Positions 13,897-26,945 of a stretch of 64,000 bases of DNA are shown one piece after another. The notes under the pieces are model-generated. The model was not told the origin of the DNA. It saw only the letters and a list, made by a program, of their open reading frames with translations, and did not search any database. The DNA lies in contig NC_043005.1 of assembly GCF_006345805.1 (NCBI RefSeq), forward strand, positions 102,362,001-102,426,000, in the 5' to 3' direction. This DNA comes from Octopus sinensis. Lineage: Eukaryota. Positions within the stretch are counted from its first letter, which is position 1, and each line of letters starts with the position of its first letter. A program made the position numbers and the translations under genes.

Positions 13897-14293
13897 CATA
13901 GGCAAATATATAACGTAATACCACTATCATGCACACAAATGCAACAGAATTAGTGACACCTATCATTGTTTTCTGTGAGATGTTTTGGATACAATCAGTA
14001 ATTGTTCGGAGCACAGGTTGAAGGTTCAAATCATGGGGATTGTGGTTAATCAATGCCATCGACTCTAGTACTTGACTGATGTTATATTCTATCATCCCCG
14101 AGATCATGAAAAGTAAACTTGACCGAAACGTAGAAATCTTAAATAGAGAGAGAGCGCAAACAATTTATTCCGATCGTCTAACAAGTTTTCCAGTCTACTG
14201 GCTTAGGTGGAGATTAAACAATGCAAGCCATCTGTAATGATAGACTGAGTTTGAAGTAGAAAGCGATAAACACATTTTGCTTCTAACGCCTAG

Positions 14294-14328
14294 AGTCTGA
14301 GAGCTTTGCGCACGCACGCCTCCCCAAG
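14294..14328 (+). CDS. Candidate internal exon (35 bp) of an unidentified gene
   Basis: Acceptor TTTTGCTTCTAACGCCTAG with a CTAAC branch-like motif and donor AAG|GTGAGC. Frame xSESFAHARLPK joins the next exon in phase 0 across a 116-bp GT-AG intron. Confidence 0.4.
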
Positions 14329-14444
14329 GTGAGCAGAAATACAATATGCACAGGCTTAAAATATCAGTTCTGCTCTTAATGTCCTTGTGGAAATAAAATT
14401 AAAACTCATAGTTTGCTGTATTTATTGTTTTTCTTTTGCTGCAG

Positions 14445-14531
14445 TGCAAATCATATGCAGGAGTCAACCAGTTGGGCATGTTAAAGAGAAGCTGCCATGT
14501 CAGTTACGAGGAGCACCGTTGCCAACTCTTG
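14445..14531 (+). CDS. Candidate internal exon (87 bp) of an unidentified gene
   Basis: Acceptor TTATTGTTTTTCTTTTGCTGCAG and donor TTG|GTATGA; about 50% GC in AT-rich unique DNA. Phase-0 frame CKSYAGVNQLGMLKRSCHVSYEEHRCQLL. Product not recognised and may be UTR. Confidence 0.45.
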
Positions 14532-14926
14532 GTATGATATCTTAAGATTCTCAGATAAATAATACACAACATCGAATTGTTTCCCTCTCTTATTTTATCT
14601 CTTAATTCTACAACATTATTTCCTCAACAACTTTGTATTGCCACCAGCAGATTAACAATTTCGCAAACGCTTTTTTATCACTTCGGAGTACATTAACCAC
14701 TAATATAGACAACACTGTTAATGTAATGTAAACAATATGCGTTATCTCTCTTTAAAAACTATTCGCATAAATAAATCTAAGAATAATAGAGACAGGCACT
14801 CCATCACTAAAACCAGAAACTTGACGGAAAACATGTTGAATATGAGCTTCGTTGGCTTAGTATATTTATATAATCTAAATAGTCAGACAGACAGGGGTAT
14901 GTATGCATATACATATACATACATAT

Positions 14927-14976
<50 letters not shown>

Positions 14977-15029
14977 GTGTGTGTGTGTGCGTATGTGTGT
15001 GTGTGTATATATATATATAAATATAAGTG

Positions 15030-15345
15030 AGGGCGCGTGGCTTAGTGGTTAGGGCATTCGGCTCATGATCGTAAGGTTGTGAGTTCGATTCCCAGCGACG
15101 CGTTGTGTCCCTGAGCAAGACACTTTATTTCACGTTGCTCCAGTCCACTCAGCTGGCAAAAATGAGTTGTACTTGTATTTCAAAGGGTCAGCCTTGTCAC
15201 TCTCTGTGTCACGCTGATTTTCCCCGAGAACTACGTTAAGGGTACACGTGTCTGTGGAATGCTCAGCCATTTGCACGTTAATTTCACGAGCAAGCTGTTC
15301 CGTTGATCGTATCAGCTGGGACCCTCGTCGTCGTAACCGGCGGAG
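15030..15345 (+). mobile_element. tRNA-derived SINE (family D) with CORE-like segment
   Basis: GCGTGGCTTAGTGGTTAGGGC (A box), GAGTTCGATTCC (B box), then CTGAGCAAGACACTTTATTTCAC. Head shared with 54252-54510. Confidence 0.8.
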
Positions 15346-15477
15346 AAAGGAGATATATAAATATATTATTATTATTATTATTATTATAAATATAATTATT
15401 ATTATCAATATTATTATTATTATTATTATTATTATCATAATTATCATTATTACTGTTATTATTATTATTATTATTAA

Positions 15478-15555
<78 letters not shown>

Positions 15556-15837
15556 TCTAAATCACTCTAAAGGTTGTTAGTATTGGATATTAATATATAT
15601 CACCAAGCTAACATGGCAGTCCAGAGAAATAGGACGAATGCTGCCGTTGATTAGCTCCGAGAGGCCATCACCTATGTGACACATAAATCTGTGTGCATTA
15701 CAACCTTCGAACAGAGGAGATCATCAGCTTCCCCTTGCTGGTTCATCAACCACAGAATAGTTTCGGGGTTTTTGCTCCTTATGAATGTGGAGTATCTGAA
15801 CTCAGCAGGCGTCGCTGTTAGAAGGTTTATTTATATA

Positions 15838-16229
15838 CTAGCAGTATCGCCCGGCGTTGCTCGGGTTTGTAAGGGAAATAACTATATAAGCATTTTTAGA
15901 GATGTAGAGTATAAGAGCCATCTCAATATGGCTAACTACAAAGGGGGATGTTACTGTAGCTTTTTACGTTCTGAGATTTAATAATACATTTTTAGAGAGT
16001 TACTTCCCTTAAATAATAGCAAAAAATGGATTAAAAATGGGAAAAATGATGGTAATGTTTTTAAAAATCGTAGACTCATCGTAGACGCGCGCTAATATTC
16101 AGAAGGGCTCGATATAAATCACGACTATAAGATACCCGCTTTTGGTTACACTGCACCGCAAAATGTGGGAGTAGTTAGGAATCTAAATCGTAGGAGACAG
16201 ACACACAATTTCACTTTTATATATAAAGA
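15838..16229 (-). mobile_element. Non-autonomous Helitron (~392 bp)
   Basis: Minus strand A|TC...CCCGAGCAACGCCGGG-CGATACTG-CTAG|T: canonical Helitron termini and AT target. Confidence 0.85.
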
Positions 16230-16334
16230 TATTCATTGGAACACAGGCACTGATTTTCAAACATAGAAATATTATTATTTCTAAATCTCTCTAAAGGAAA
16301 CTACAGCAGCCGTACTGCGGGTTAATATTTATCA

Positions 16335-16432
<98 letters not shown>

Positions 16433-16459
16433 TTATATATATATATATATATTTATTTA

Positions 16460-16513
<54 letters not shown>

Positions 16514-16569
16514 GTATATATATTATATATATTTATTTATATATGTATATTATATATATATATATATAA

Positions 16570-16986
16570 CTTTTACCTTTGACTTGTTTCATCCATTAGA
16601 TTGCGGTCATCATGGTGTACGGCCTTGACGAATTTTAAATCGAATAAATCGTCCTGAGGTACTTATTGTTTGTCTTTTAGGCCTGGCATATATTCTATAG
16701 GTCTATTTTGCTATTTTGCGGAACCGCTAGGTTAAGGGATGTAAGCACTCTAACACCGGTTGTCAAGCATTGTAGGGATACAAACTCAGACACACAAATA
16801 CACACACATACGCACATACACACATATATGCATATTTAGAAAGGACTCCTTTCAGTTTCTCTCTGCCAAATTCACTCACAAGACTTTGCTCAGCACGATG
16901 CTATTGTAAGATACCGCGCAGTGGGACTGAACCAGGAGTCGCTTGGTCGGGAAGCACCCTTCTTATCGAGCAGCCACACCTGCACC
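16570..16986 (-). mobile_element. SINE family B (diverged)
   Basis: Reverse complement matches the family B head, internal (TG)/(TA) tract and tail. Confidence 0.75.
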
Positions 16987-17262
16987 TATATATATGGTTA
17001 AGTTAATATACTCGGATTATCCAACGGAATATACAACCTCATATGTTCCAAAAATGTATATCTTCATCTTTATCTGTATATTTACCATCCCTAAAATGTT
17101 ACTACTTGATTTGAAAGCTTTTATATTATTGGAAAAACGATATAAATTAGCTGAAGAGTACTCAGCGTCTTAAATCTGGTGTAATATTTACAGCTTTTAA
17201 TAAAATGTTGGGGTATGAAACGATTGTACTCAATTACCGGAATCATTCTTGTTGCTTATTTT

Positions 17263-17591
<329 letters not shown>

Positions 17592-17678
17592 TATAATATA
17601 ATATAATATATTTATATTATAAAATTGGATTTAATCCTAAATCTAATTTTCCCCTGTTAGTTTGGATTTATTCCCTAA

Positions 17679-17709
<31 letters not shown>

Positions 17710-19789
17710 ATTATTATTATTATATATATATATATTCAAATTGAGGGAGTGGATTGAAAAACAGTTTTTCAGTTTAAGAAGCTTCGATGTGGGAAAAACC
17801 CTACAATCTTCGAAGGCAATAAATCATGATTGTTCCTGATATATTTTTTGTGTACTCTACCACAGACTGTTCGAAGTTTACAATTTCCCTGCACTTAGAT
17901 CCTTGGATTTTATAATACCAAACCGATAATATATATATGACTGTATATGTGAGTGCGAGTGTGTGTGTGTGTGAGTGTGTATTTATGTGTGCGCGCATGC
18001 GTACATGTATGTAACTGTGTGTGTTTGTTTACAAAGATTATCTAATACTTTATTCAAATGAATTATCTTCCTTAAAGCAGAAATTAAGATTTACACACAA
18101 CATTTGGATAGAATAACAAATTCTTGTGCCTCGAGGTCACAATATTCGTAGCATATTTTTTATATGAAGTGAATAACAAAATTTGATTAGAGTAAAATCC
18201 CTTTTTGCCAAAAATAAATTGTATTCTTGACATTAGAATAGCGTCACGATTCAGAATATTTTCCCATGATTCTGAATATCCACTATCTCCCCGAATAGAA
18301 ATGTTTGAGATTTCTCTCATCCAATTTAAAAAAAAAAATATTTTCACTGTAATTTTAATTTGCATTGTTATAGTTACTACACCACAATTATTTGCTTTCT
18401 GCTTTCTATTGCTTAATTTTCTATCTCCAAATTTTCTCCTGCCTCGATCTTCATTATCACAATCATTATCATTGTCATCATCATTGCCATAAGCCTCCTC
18501 CTCCTCCACCTCCTCCTCATCATCATCATCATCATCATAATCCTCTTCATCGTCACCATCATCATGATATTCTTACAGATTTGGAATTATGTCCATAGAG
18601 TTCTTATCGCATGTAGCGTCGAAACATGCAATAAAGCCAGCCCTGCATGACATAAGAATTTCCCCCCATCGTATCTTGCTGACAGAAAAGAATGATCGCT
18701 TTAGTCTTCGTTTTGCAGTAATTTTTTCCCCCTGAAGAAAGAGCACAGCATGGCGAATCTATTTGCGCTTGGATTTTTAAAAATATTTGTTCAGGCTTTA
18801 GAAAATCTATGTTGATGTTGGAGTGTTTTGAAAGTCTTATTTAGTGTTGTGCTAAACAGAAATATGATTAATACAAGAAGGTAAGAATTAGTTATCTAAA
18901 TTTTTTGCAATTTTCAAAAAATTGTAATATGTATTTAATTTTTTTAAAAGAAACTTCCCATAAAAGACGCACAGTTATTTTGCTGTATTTAATCTCTAGT
19001 CAGCAATCCTCAGGGTCATTTATAGCGTTGCACTGAAAGCTGCGAGATATTTACTTTAATTCACATTTCAAAGAGCAGCAAGGTCTAAGTGTGGACATTG
19101 CGTGGCGCGTAAAATTAAGTCATAAAACTAAGCTCAATACTAAATACCAGATCGAGTAGGAGGACGCCGCATCTTGCATGGAAGCTGCGGGCACGAGCCC
19201 GGTTGAAGCCGGCCGCGGCTGCAGATCTCAGTGGTAGGAGCAAAGATGTTTTGTGGAGCCAAGAGAGAAATTATATCAGCTGGAGAAGTAGGAGCCCTCG
19301 CGACTGCTAAATGAATGAAACGCTCAATTGAACCACAAAATCAAAACTTCTGAGAATGATTGATCTAAATGAATATATAGGCAAGATTAAGACGGCTAAA
19401 AATATTTTCCTCCTCGATTCTGGCCTCAATAATTTCTTCGGATCATACCTACAGAGAAAGTTAATGGTAAAGAGAGAGGGAGAAAGTCAAGGATAGTGGG
19501 TTAGAGTGAAGGAGAGAGAGGGAGATGGAGAGAGAGAAACAGAGGATGAGAGAGGAGAAAGAGGGAGAGAAGGAGAGAAATATTGCCCAACTTGAATTTG
19601 TGAATTTGTTGAGAAAATGGCGAGAGAAGTTACAATATCGTGAATGAATGAGTGTACTCCGAGTAAGCATCTGCGAGCAGAATTACACCGGGCTTAAACT
19701 GGTATTAAGTTGTCAGAAAAAATTAACAATTTCTGTTGTTCCTTCACTGTATCTAGTGTTTTGATAATTATAACAATACATTTTAGACA

Positions 19790-19938
19790 TTGCTTACATT
19801 TTTTTTACATTCGATGGATATTTGTCCTCATCTTGTTTCGGCTGATATACCCTCCAGCCTTCATCAGGTATCTTGGGGAAATTCCGAACCTGGGTTTTCA
19901 TTCCCAAGGTATTTTTCGATGTTGTTGTGTTGTTGTTG

Positions 19939-20004
<66 letters not shown>

Positions 20005-20049
20005 TCTTCTCTTCTTCTTCTTCTCTTCTTTTCTTCTTCTCTTCTTCTT

Positions 20050-20080
<31 letters not shown>

Positions 20081-20122
20081 TTATTATTATTATTTTTATT
20101 ATTGTTGTTGTTGTTGTTGTTG

Positions 20123-20164
<42 letters not shown>

Positions 20165-20341
20165 TATTATTATTATTATATTATTATTATTATCATTCTT
20201 CTTCTTCTTCTTCTTCTTCTTCTTCTTCTTCTTCTTCTTCTTCTTCTTCTTCTTCTTCTTCTCTTCTTCTTCTTATTATTATTATTATTATTTTTATTAT
20301 TGTTGTTGTTGTTGTTGTTGTTGTTATTATTATCATTATTA

Positions 20342-20437
<96 letters not shown>

Positions 20438-20495
20438 TCACCGCCTGGATTCGAATTCGGAACTTGGGATTAGTAGCCGCGCTCTTAAACACTAC
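19790..20495 (-). mobile_element. tRNA-headed SINE with expanded internal compound microsatellite and hammerhead-like tail
   Basis: Reverse-complement head GTAGTGTTTAAGAGCGCGG...GAATTCGAATCC (20495-20434); ~510 bp of (AAT)/(AAC)/(AAG) repeats; tail CTGATGAA-GGCTG...CAGCC-GAAAC (19867-19835) and AATGTA-like repeats. Confidence 0.65.
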
Positions 20496-21490
20496 GATGA
20501 CAAAGGGAAAGACATTGTTATATGCTAAGGATCCTGAAAAAGGTACTGTTACATCCAAATTTGAACCAATAGCATGCCTTCCGCTAATGTGGAAACTAAT
20601 GCCATGTGCTTTGGCCGGTGAACTGTACAGATACCTGGAAAGAAGTGGGCTGCTACCCATTGAAAAGAAAGAGTGCCGAAAGAGAAGCAGGAGAGCGAAG
20701 GATAAGCTCTTAGTTGATAATCTAATTATCAGAAACTGCAAGAAAAGAAATACAAACCTGAGCATGGCATGAGTTGTCTATCGCAAGGCATACGATATGA
20801 TCCACACTCCTAGATAATAAAAATAATGGAAATGTATGGAGTAGCAGAGAATATGAGAAACGTTATATGGCATAGCATGAAATACCGGAGGACGGAATTT
20901 ACGGCTAGGAAGCAAGTACTGGGAGGGGTGAAAATCAAGAGAGGAATCTTCCAGTCTGTGCTGATTGTCTTCAATGATATTAAGATGGAGTTTCGACTCT
21001 CGAAATGTGCTACGATGGTGATGAAGGAAAAAACAAAAAGAGAGCACCTGCGTCGAGTGAGGAAAAAATTGGCTTCAAAGCTGAATGCCAGAAACATAAT
21101 TTCGGTAATAAACATAAACACGCGCGTAGTCGCAGTAGTTCGGTATGGCGCTGGAATCCTGAAGTGAACAGAGGAGGAACTAAAGGAGATTGTCAGGAAG
21201 TCAAGAAAGCTTCTAACAATGCATGGCACCCATCATCCACGTGTAGACATTGATCGCCTACACATGAAGAGAGCAAATGGAGGAAGGGGTCTGATAAGTG
21301 TGGAAGAGTGCGTGCTTATCGAACTCGAGAGCTTAATGCTATATACCTAAACCAAAGTAAGGAAAACTTGCTAGTGACAGATAGAAACGAAGGAAGATTG
21401 AGAGCTGAGGAAAACGGGACTACAAGGGAAGAAGTACAAAACAGACATGAAGAACAATTTCGCAGGGTTCTACACAATCAATTCCCAAGA
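20496..21490 (+). mobile_element. R4/Dong-like non-LTR retrotransposon, RT fragment with deletions
   Basis: KDPEKG...PIACLPLMWKL...KDKLLVD...LSMA*VVYRKAYDMI; DIKMEFRLSKCA; DIDRLHMKRANGGRGLISVE. Ends at (TAA)n. Confidence 0.8.
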
Positions 21491-21542
21491 TAATAATAAT
21501 AATAATATAATAATAATAATAATAATATAATAATAATAATAA

Positions 21543-22357
21543 TGGGTTTATCATAGCAGCTCAAGATCAATGCCTACCAACAAGAAACTACCAGGCCAAC
21601 ATATTAAAGAACGGCAGTAGCCCAACATGTCGTGTATGTCAACAACAAAATGAATCCATTGATCATGTCTCCAAGTGCAGTCTTCTAGCGCCTACAGAGT
21701 ACCTCAACAGGCATGATAGAGCTGCACAATATATTCACTGGGTAATTTGCAAAAACCTGGATTTGCCCCGTGAAAAAAAATGGTGGGAACACAATCCACC
21801 TCCAGTGCTTGAAAATGACCACATCTCACTCCTTTGGAACTTCCCCATTAAAACTGACAGAAAGATAGACGCGAATAGGCCAGACATCATAGTAAAAGAC
21901 TTCAGACTAAAAACATGCCTCCTCATTGATATGACTGTCCCAATCGATATAAACGTATCTGTCAAGACCTACTAGAAACTGAGCATATATAAAGATCTTG
22001 AAATAGAAATCAGCAAAATGTGGAACCTGAAGACTAAAACAATACCAGTAGGCATAGGTGCCCTGGGAATGATAGCAAAAGGGGCTGATTGCTACCTAAC
22101 TCAGATACCAGGAAACCCCAAAATGGCAGAAATTCAAAAGATAGTGCTCATAGGAACTGATCATATCCTACGCAAAATACTTTAATCTCAAGTTTTAAAA
22201 CAAACAATTTTCGTATAGTCTTCTAGGCTTTCACTAGTACAACACTAAGTACAAAACCAAATATATGGCACCCTAGGCATAACACCAAAATGAACTTCCA
22301 ACTTGTTGTCTGTTGAGGTCTCTGGGTGAGACTTGGAGCCAGCAAAAGTCAAACATA
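21543..22357 (+). mobile_element. R4/Dong-like element 3' end (zinc knuckle plus restriction-like endonuclease)
   Basis: GFIIAAQDQCLPTRNY...CRVCQQQNESIDH...RHD...RPDIIV...LLIDMTVP...IGALG...HILRKIL*; one internal stop. Flanked by (TAA)n on both sides. Confidence 0.85.
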
Positions 22358-22425
<68 letters not shown>

Positions 22426-22426
<1 letters not shown>

Positions 22427-23577
22427 CATGATAGAACTGCAAAAATATCTACTTCAGAAGGAAGGAAAACTGATACAAATAGCGGCAAAACACGAGCAAA
22501 AGAAAACTTCTCAGTATTTAAGGAAGCTGACAAATACAAACAAGAAATCATACCACCTAACAAATATGAAGAAGAAGAAGAAGAAGAAGAAGAAGAAGAA
22601 GAAGAAGAAGAAGAAGAAGAAGAAGAAGAAAAAAAATGAAGAAACAACAAATGCTATAAAACAAATTAAATCCAAACTAAAAATTGAACAGCAACGAACC
22701 ACGATAAAACGATGGCAAGAAAAGCCTCTTCATGGCAAATACTGGCCTAAACTAAATGCAAAAGAAATAGACAAAGAAAAATCCCAGCGATGGTTGAGAA
22801 GCTCAGGACTCAAAGCAGAGACAGAAGGATTTTTAATTGCAGCACAAGACCAAAGCCTCCCCACCAGAAATTACCAAAAGCATGTAATGAAAAGAAATAT
22901 AACAAGTAACTGCAGAATATGTGGAGATGGACAAGAAACAATAAATCATATTATCTCTGGCTTCCCAGTCCTGGCTAAGAAGGAATATATTCACAGACAC
23001 GACAGAGTTGGGACCTATATACACTGGAAGCTATGCCAACATTATGAAATAACAACAGTAAAAAGATGGTACAGGCACAAACCAGAAAAGGTCACAGAAA
23101 ACGAGAAAGCAACCATACTTTGAGATATGCCAATACACACAGATAGAGAAATTAAGACCAACAGACCAGATATAGTTGTCAGAGATCATGAAGAAAAAAA
23201 TGCTTTCTAATTGATGTATCAATACCAGCAGATGACAACATGTCTCTAAAAGAAATGGAGATACTTTCAAAATACAAAGACCTGGAAATAGAGGTAACCA
23301 GAATGTGGAATCTAAAAACAGAAACAATTCCTATCATAATAGGTGCATTAGGCATGATAAAAAATTATTCAGACAAATACATAACAAAAACACCAGGACT
23401 TACAAACACATATACCATACAGAAAATTGCACAACTAGGCACTGCACACATCCTACGCAAAATACTTTTCATACAGTAACCATCAGAGTATCACAACAAA
23501 TCACAGCACATACCCAAGACACACAGAGCTGCGCTCGGTAGTGAAGTGAAAGCACGCTATAAAAATTAAAATGCTGA
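22426..23577 (+). mobile_element. R4/Dong-like element, 5'-truncated, second subfamily
   Basis: ORF 22428-23123 (KPLHGKY...ETEGFLIAAQDQSLPTRNY...CRICGDGQETINHI...RHD), premature TGA, then RPDIVV and a frameshift into ORF 23240-23479. Internal in-frame (AAG)n; (TAA)n on both sides. Confidence 0.9.
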
Positions 23578-23639
23578 ATAATAATAATAATATAATAATA
23601 ATAATAATGATAATAATAATAATGATAATAATAATAATA

Positions 23640-23701
<62 letters not shown>

Positions 23702-24819
23702 TGAATGTTGCATCATATTGCCGAATAAATTATTCCGTTTTGCGATGTGGCATTGTGAAATACTATTTCATGCTATTAAAGGCGTTGAAAGCAGCGGATT
23801 AATTTTCAATATGAACACATTTCACTTACATCGCATATATCCTACGGAAATAGAATATGATAAATCTTAGAAATACTTTAAGATAAAGCTTCGAAATATT
23901 GCTATAAAGTTTGAAATAAATGTGACAAAATGTTGTAATTCAATATCACAAAAGCTTGTAATATAGTATGATAAAGGCTTGAATTATACTATAATAAATA
24001 TTTGAAAGCGTCTATAATGAAAACTTGAAATACAATATGACGAAGGAAGGATATATCGTTTTGAAATATGTAACGAGGAAAATGATTGAAATGTACGTGA
24101 TAATGGTCCGAATATAGTATTACAAATGTACTTTAAATTTTGAAATTATGTCTGCATTTCGTTAAACAGATGTACTTCTAAGTATATCGAATATACTACA
24201 ACAAATAACTACTTTACATCTTAGTCAATATGTTCTGTTACACTACAGTCAAGTCACCGTGTATATATAGATTACTCTACTACAATATATTTAAATCAGT
24301 CTATGCACTAAACTTGAACGCGAAGGATTAACATTTGAAATAACAGTGTTAGTTTTGAAAGTGGATATTATTATATATATATACACATATATATATATAT
24401 ATATACATATATATATAAATACATACATACATACATATATTTATATATTTTATATTTTCAAGGCAATTTCTATCTGCCTGTGTGTCCGTCTAATTTTTAC
24501 CATCTTGCTGCCCGAACCAGAGAACCTATGCTCACCAAATTTCGTATATATGTTGAACCAACATCCAGTCCAATTATAGGTTAATTGGATTATATAAAGA
24601 GAGTTTGTGTGTTTTTGTGTATGCATGTGTGTGTGCGTATCTTCCTCATTCTTTCGAAAACTGTTGCCGATTTTGACGGATGTAGTATCAAAAGATTCAG
24701 TTTTCATGCAACTACCTTATTCTTTATTTGGCACAAGGGCCCAAAATACAGAGGGGACGGCACAAGGACAGACAGGACAATACAAGTGGGGACAAAAACA
24801 TGAAACGGATGAAAGGTGA

Positions 24820-25480
24820 AATTATAATAATCTCAAAATGTCACCTTGTGAATGTGACCTGGGCATTATTGTCGACAGCGATTTGCCTTGGACAAAACAC
24901 ATTGCTAAATTTACCAAGAAGGCTGAGGGTGTCTTGGCATCACTTACCAAGTCCTTTGTTAGCCGCTCTCCGGCTATCTATCTGAAGCTTTATATAGCCT
25001 CAGACAAGGTGCGGCCTCACCTGGAATTTGCATCACCGGTTTTTCCCAGGATATTAATCGTCTGGAAACAGTTCAGCAACGTGCAACCAAAAGAATACCC
25101 TCCATCAAGCATTTGCCATATTCTGAACGCCTTACTTCCCTGAGCATGGATACATTGAAACTCCGATGTCTGGCAGCTAACTTGGAAGACACCCATAAAA
25201 TTATTAACCATCTTACAAACAATAACTCTGAGCACCTTTTCAAACTCCACCTGTCTAACACCCGTGGACATGTTTACAAAGTCAGAAAGCAGCACAGCTA
25301 CCATGAATTTCGGAAACATTTTTTCACGCTAAGAGTTGCTGAAATATGGAACAAACTGCCGGCATCAGTTGTTAGTTGTCGGAGCACTGCATCCTTCAAA
25401 ACTTCCATGCTTCCTGAGACTCGCCGACACTACACCTGATTTCCTCCCCTCCATACACACGCAAGTATGTATCTGACTCA
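24820..25480 (+). mobile_element. CR1-clade LINE 3' fragment
   Basis: CDLGIIVDSDL...VRPHLEFASPV and PYSERL...TRGHVYKV...FFTLRVAEIWNKLP are typical CR1 ORF2 C-terminal motifs; frameshifted. Confidence 0.85.
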
Positions 25481-25560
25481 TACACTGTTCACTGGTGGTA
25501 TTAGTAATTTGGGCAAAATCAAAGCTCTGGATACAGATATCTCATATCATACTACCTTAC

Positions 25561-25633
25561 ATGTTTAAATATAATTAACTTTGAGACTGTAGGCGAAAAT
25601 GAAATGAAGACGGTTTTCTTTCCCTCATCGAAT
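25561..25633 (-). CDS. Candidate internal exon (73 bp)
   Basis: Minus-strand acceptor TTTTCATTATTTTTTAATCTGTTACAG and donor CAT|GTAAGG. Single open frame FDEGKKTVFISFSPTVSKLIIFKH; not recognised. Confidence 0.3.
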
Positions 25634-26699
25634 CTGTAACAGATTAAAAAATAATGAAAATGTTATCTTCAGTTTCGTATATACTGTTATTCATATTTAC
25701 TGATATTATATAATAGCCTTTGTAAACTTTTATGAGTTCTCATCGTAATGTGAATAGAAAATATTATGATATCCCTATTATTTGAGTGTTATGGTAGGCT
25801 GCTTAAAAGGATCATTTGAATATAACTAATTCTTCATTCCAAATTTTCCCAAAGAAAACTCAAAATAAAGTGGAAAGGTCTTTCATTTCAAACATTCACA
25901 CACCGAGTTGAGGGGAAAAAAGTAACAGAAATGGTCAAAGCGAATCAAATTTGAAAATTTGGTTTGGCAATGTTCCCGAACAGAAAGATTCAATTAACGA
26001 ACAGCTGATGCGTCAAAAAGCAGAATTTGGAACAGAAATTAATAACCGAACATTCACACAAAATGATGGTTGAGCAATCACTAAAGGCAAAAGAATTGCG
26101 TTTAACGTAATTCATAGCACGAGGAAGATGTTGGATTCACTTTTTTTATTATTTGGAATCTTGATTATTAAGAATGGTCAAAAGATATCGTGGCATCTTT
26201 CTCTGAGAATAGCTATAACGCAGAAGAACAACGGCTATGACCGAGTAGTGATCGAAAGTATTTGCTTAAAAGGGAAATTTCTTAACGTTTCAAAGCGCCA
26301 ACAATTATTTTTGTCGTTAAACAAGAAACTTTAGGCCTACGAAAACTCAACCGTTTCCGAAGATTTAAAAACATCACGTGATTTGACTATTTGGGTCACA
26401 AAAATAATTTGTCATTAAATGAATTAGATCTTAACAAATAAAATTATTCATAAATACTGAGGAATACAAAAGAGTTAAGAAACTGGGTCGCAATTTTAAT
26501 CAAGATGAAGTGGAATCGATAGTGAATAACCAAATCCAGAAATTTTAGAAGTTTTTCCAGCTGAGTCTAAAATTCCAGAAGCTCTAAAATACTCTCATCG
26601 CCACTCTTGAAATAAGTAAAAAAAACTTTCAAAAGTAATATGTATGGAATTTATTTCTGCTCTAGGTGTTGAGAAAGTCTGAAGGGTATCTCACTGTTT

Positions 26700-26945
26700 C
26701 ACAAAGGAACAAATATCAAAATTACAAACTGCTGCTTTATGAATGACTCGAAACTGTATGCCAAGAGTTTGTATGAGATGAAAAAAAACTCTGACTTTGT
26801 AACAACATTCTCAACGGACATAGATTTTGAGTTTGGTCTGGATAAATGTTGCTATGTGGTTGTAAAAAGAGGAAACTTTAGCAGCATCTCGATCAATGGC
26901 TTAAAATTTTGTCCTATATCTGATGAGGAATGTTACAGTTAGCTA
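26700..26945 (+). mobile_element. R4/Dong-like RT domain 5-7 remnant
   Basis: FMNDSKLYAKS...FSTDIDFEFGLDKCCYVVVKRG, a degenerate YMDDxKLY...DIGMEFGLDKC motif. Confidence 0.7.

Noticed and set aside
15030-15110. tRNA-like sequences here and at 8590-8656, 20434-20495 and 54252-54330
   Set aside because: A/B boxes are present but run into SINE bodies without a complete cloverleaf or acceptor stem; SINE heads, not tRNA genes.
19710-20772. Long ORFs of 227-299 aa (poly-I/L/Y/S)
   Set aside because: Translations of trinucleotide microsatellites; only the last ~90 aa of 19873-20772 derive from the Dong-like RT.
25900-26350. Possible decayed mariner (CWIHFF resembling TWVHYY)
   Set aside because: Single short motif, with no TIRs or catalytic residues recoverable.
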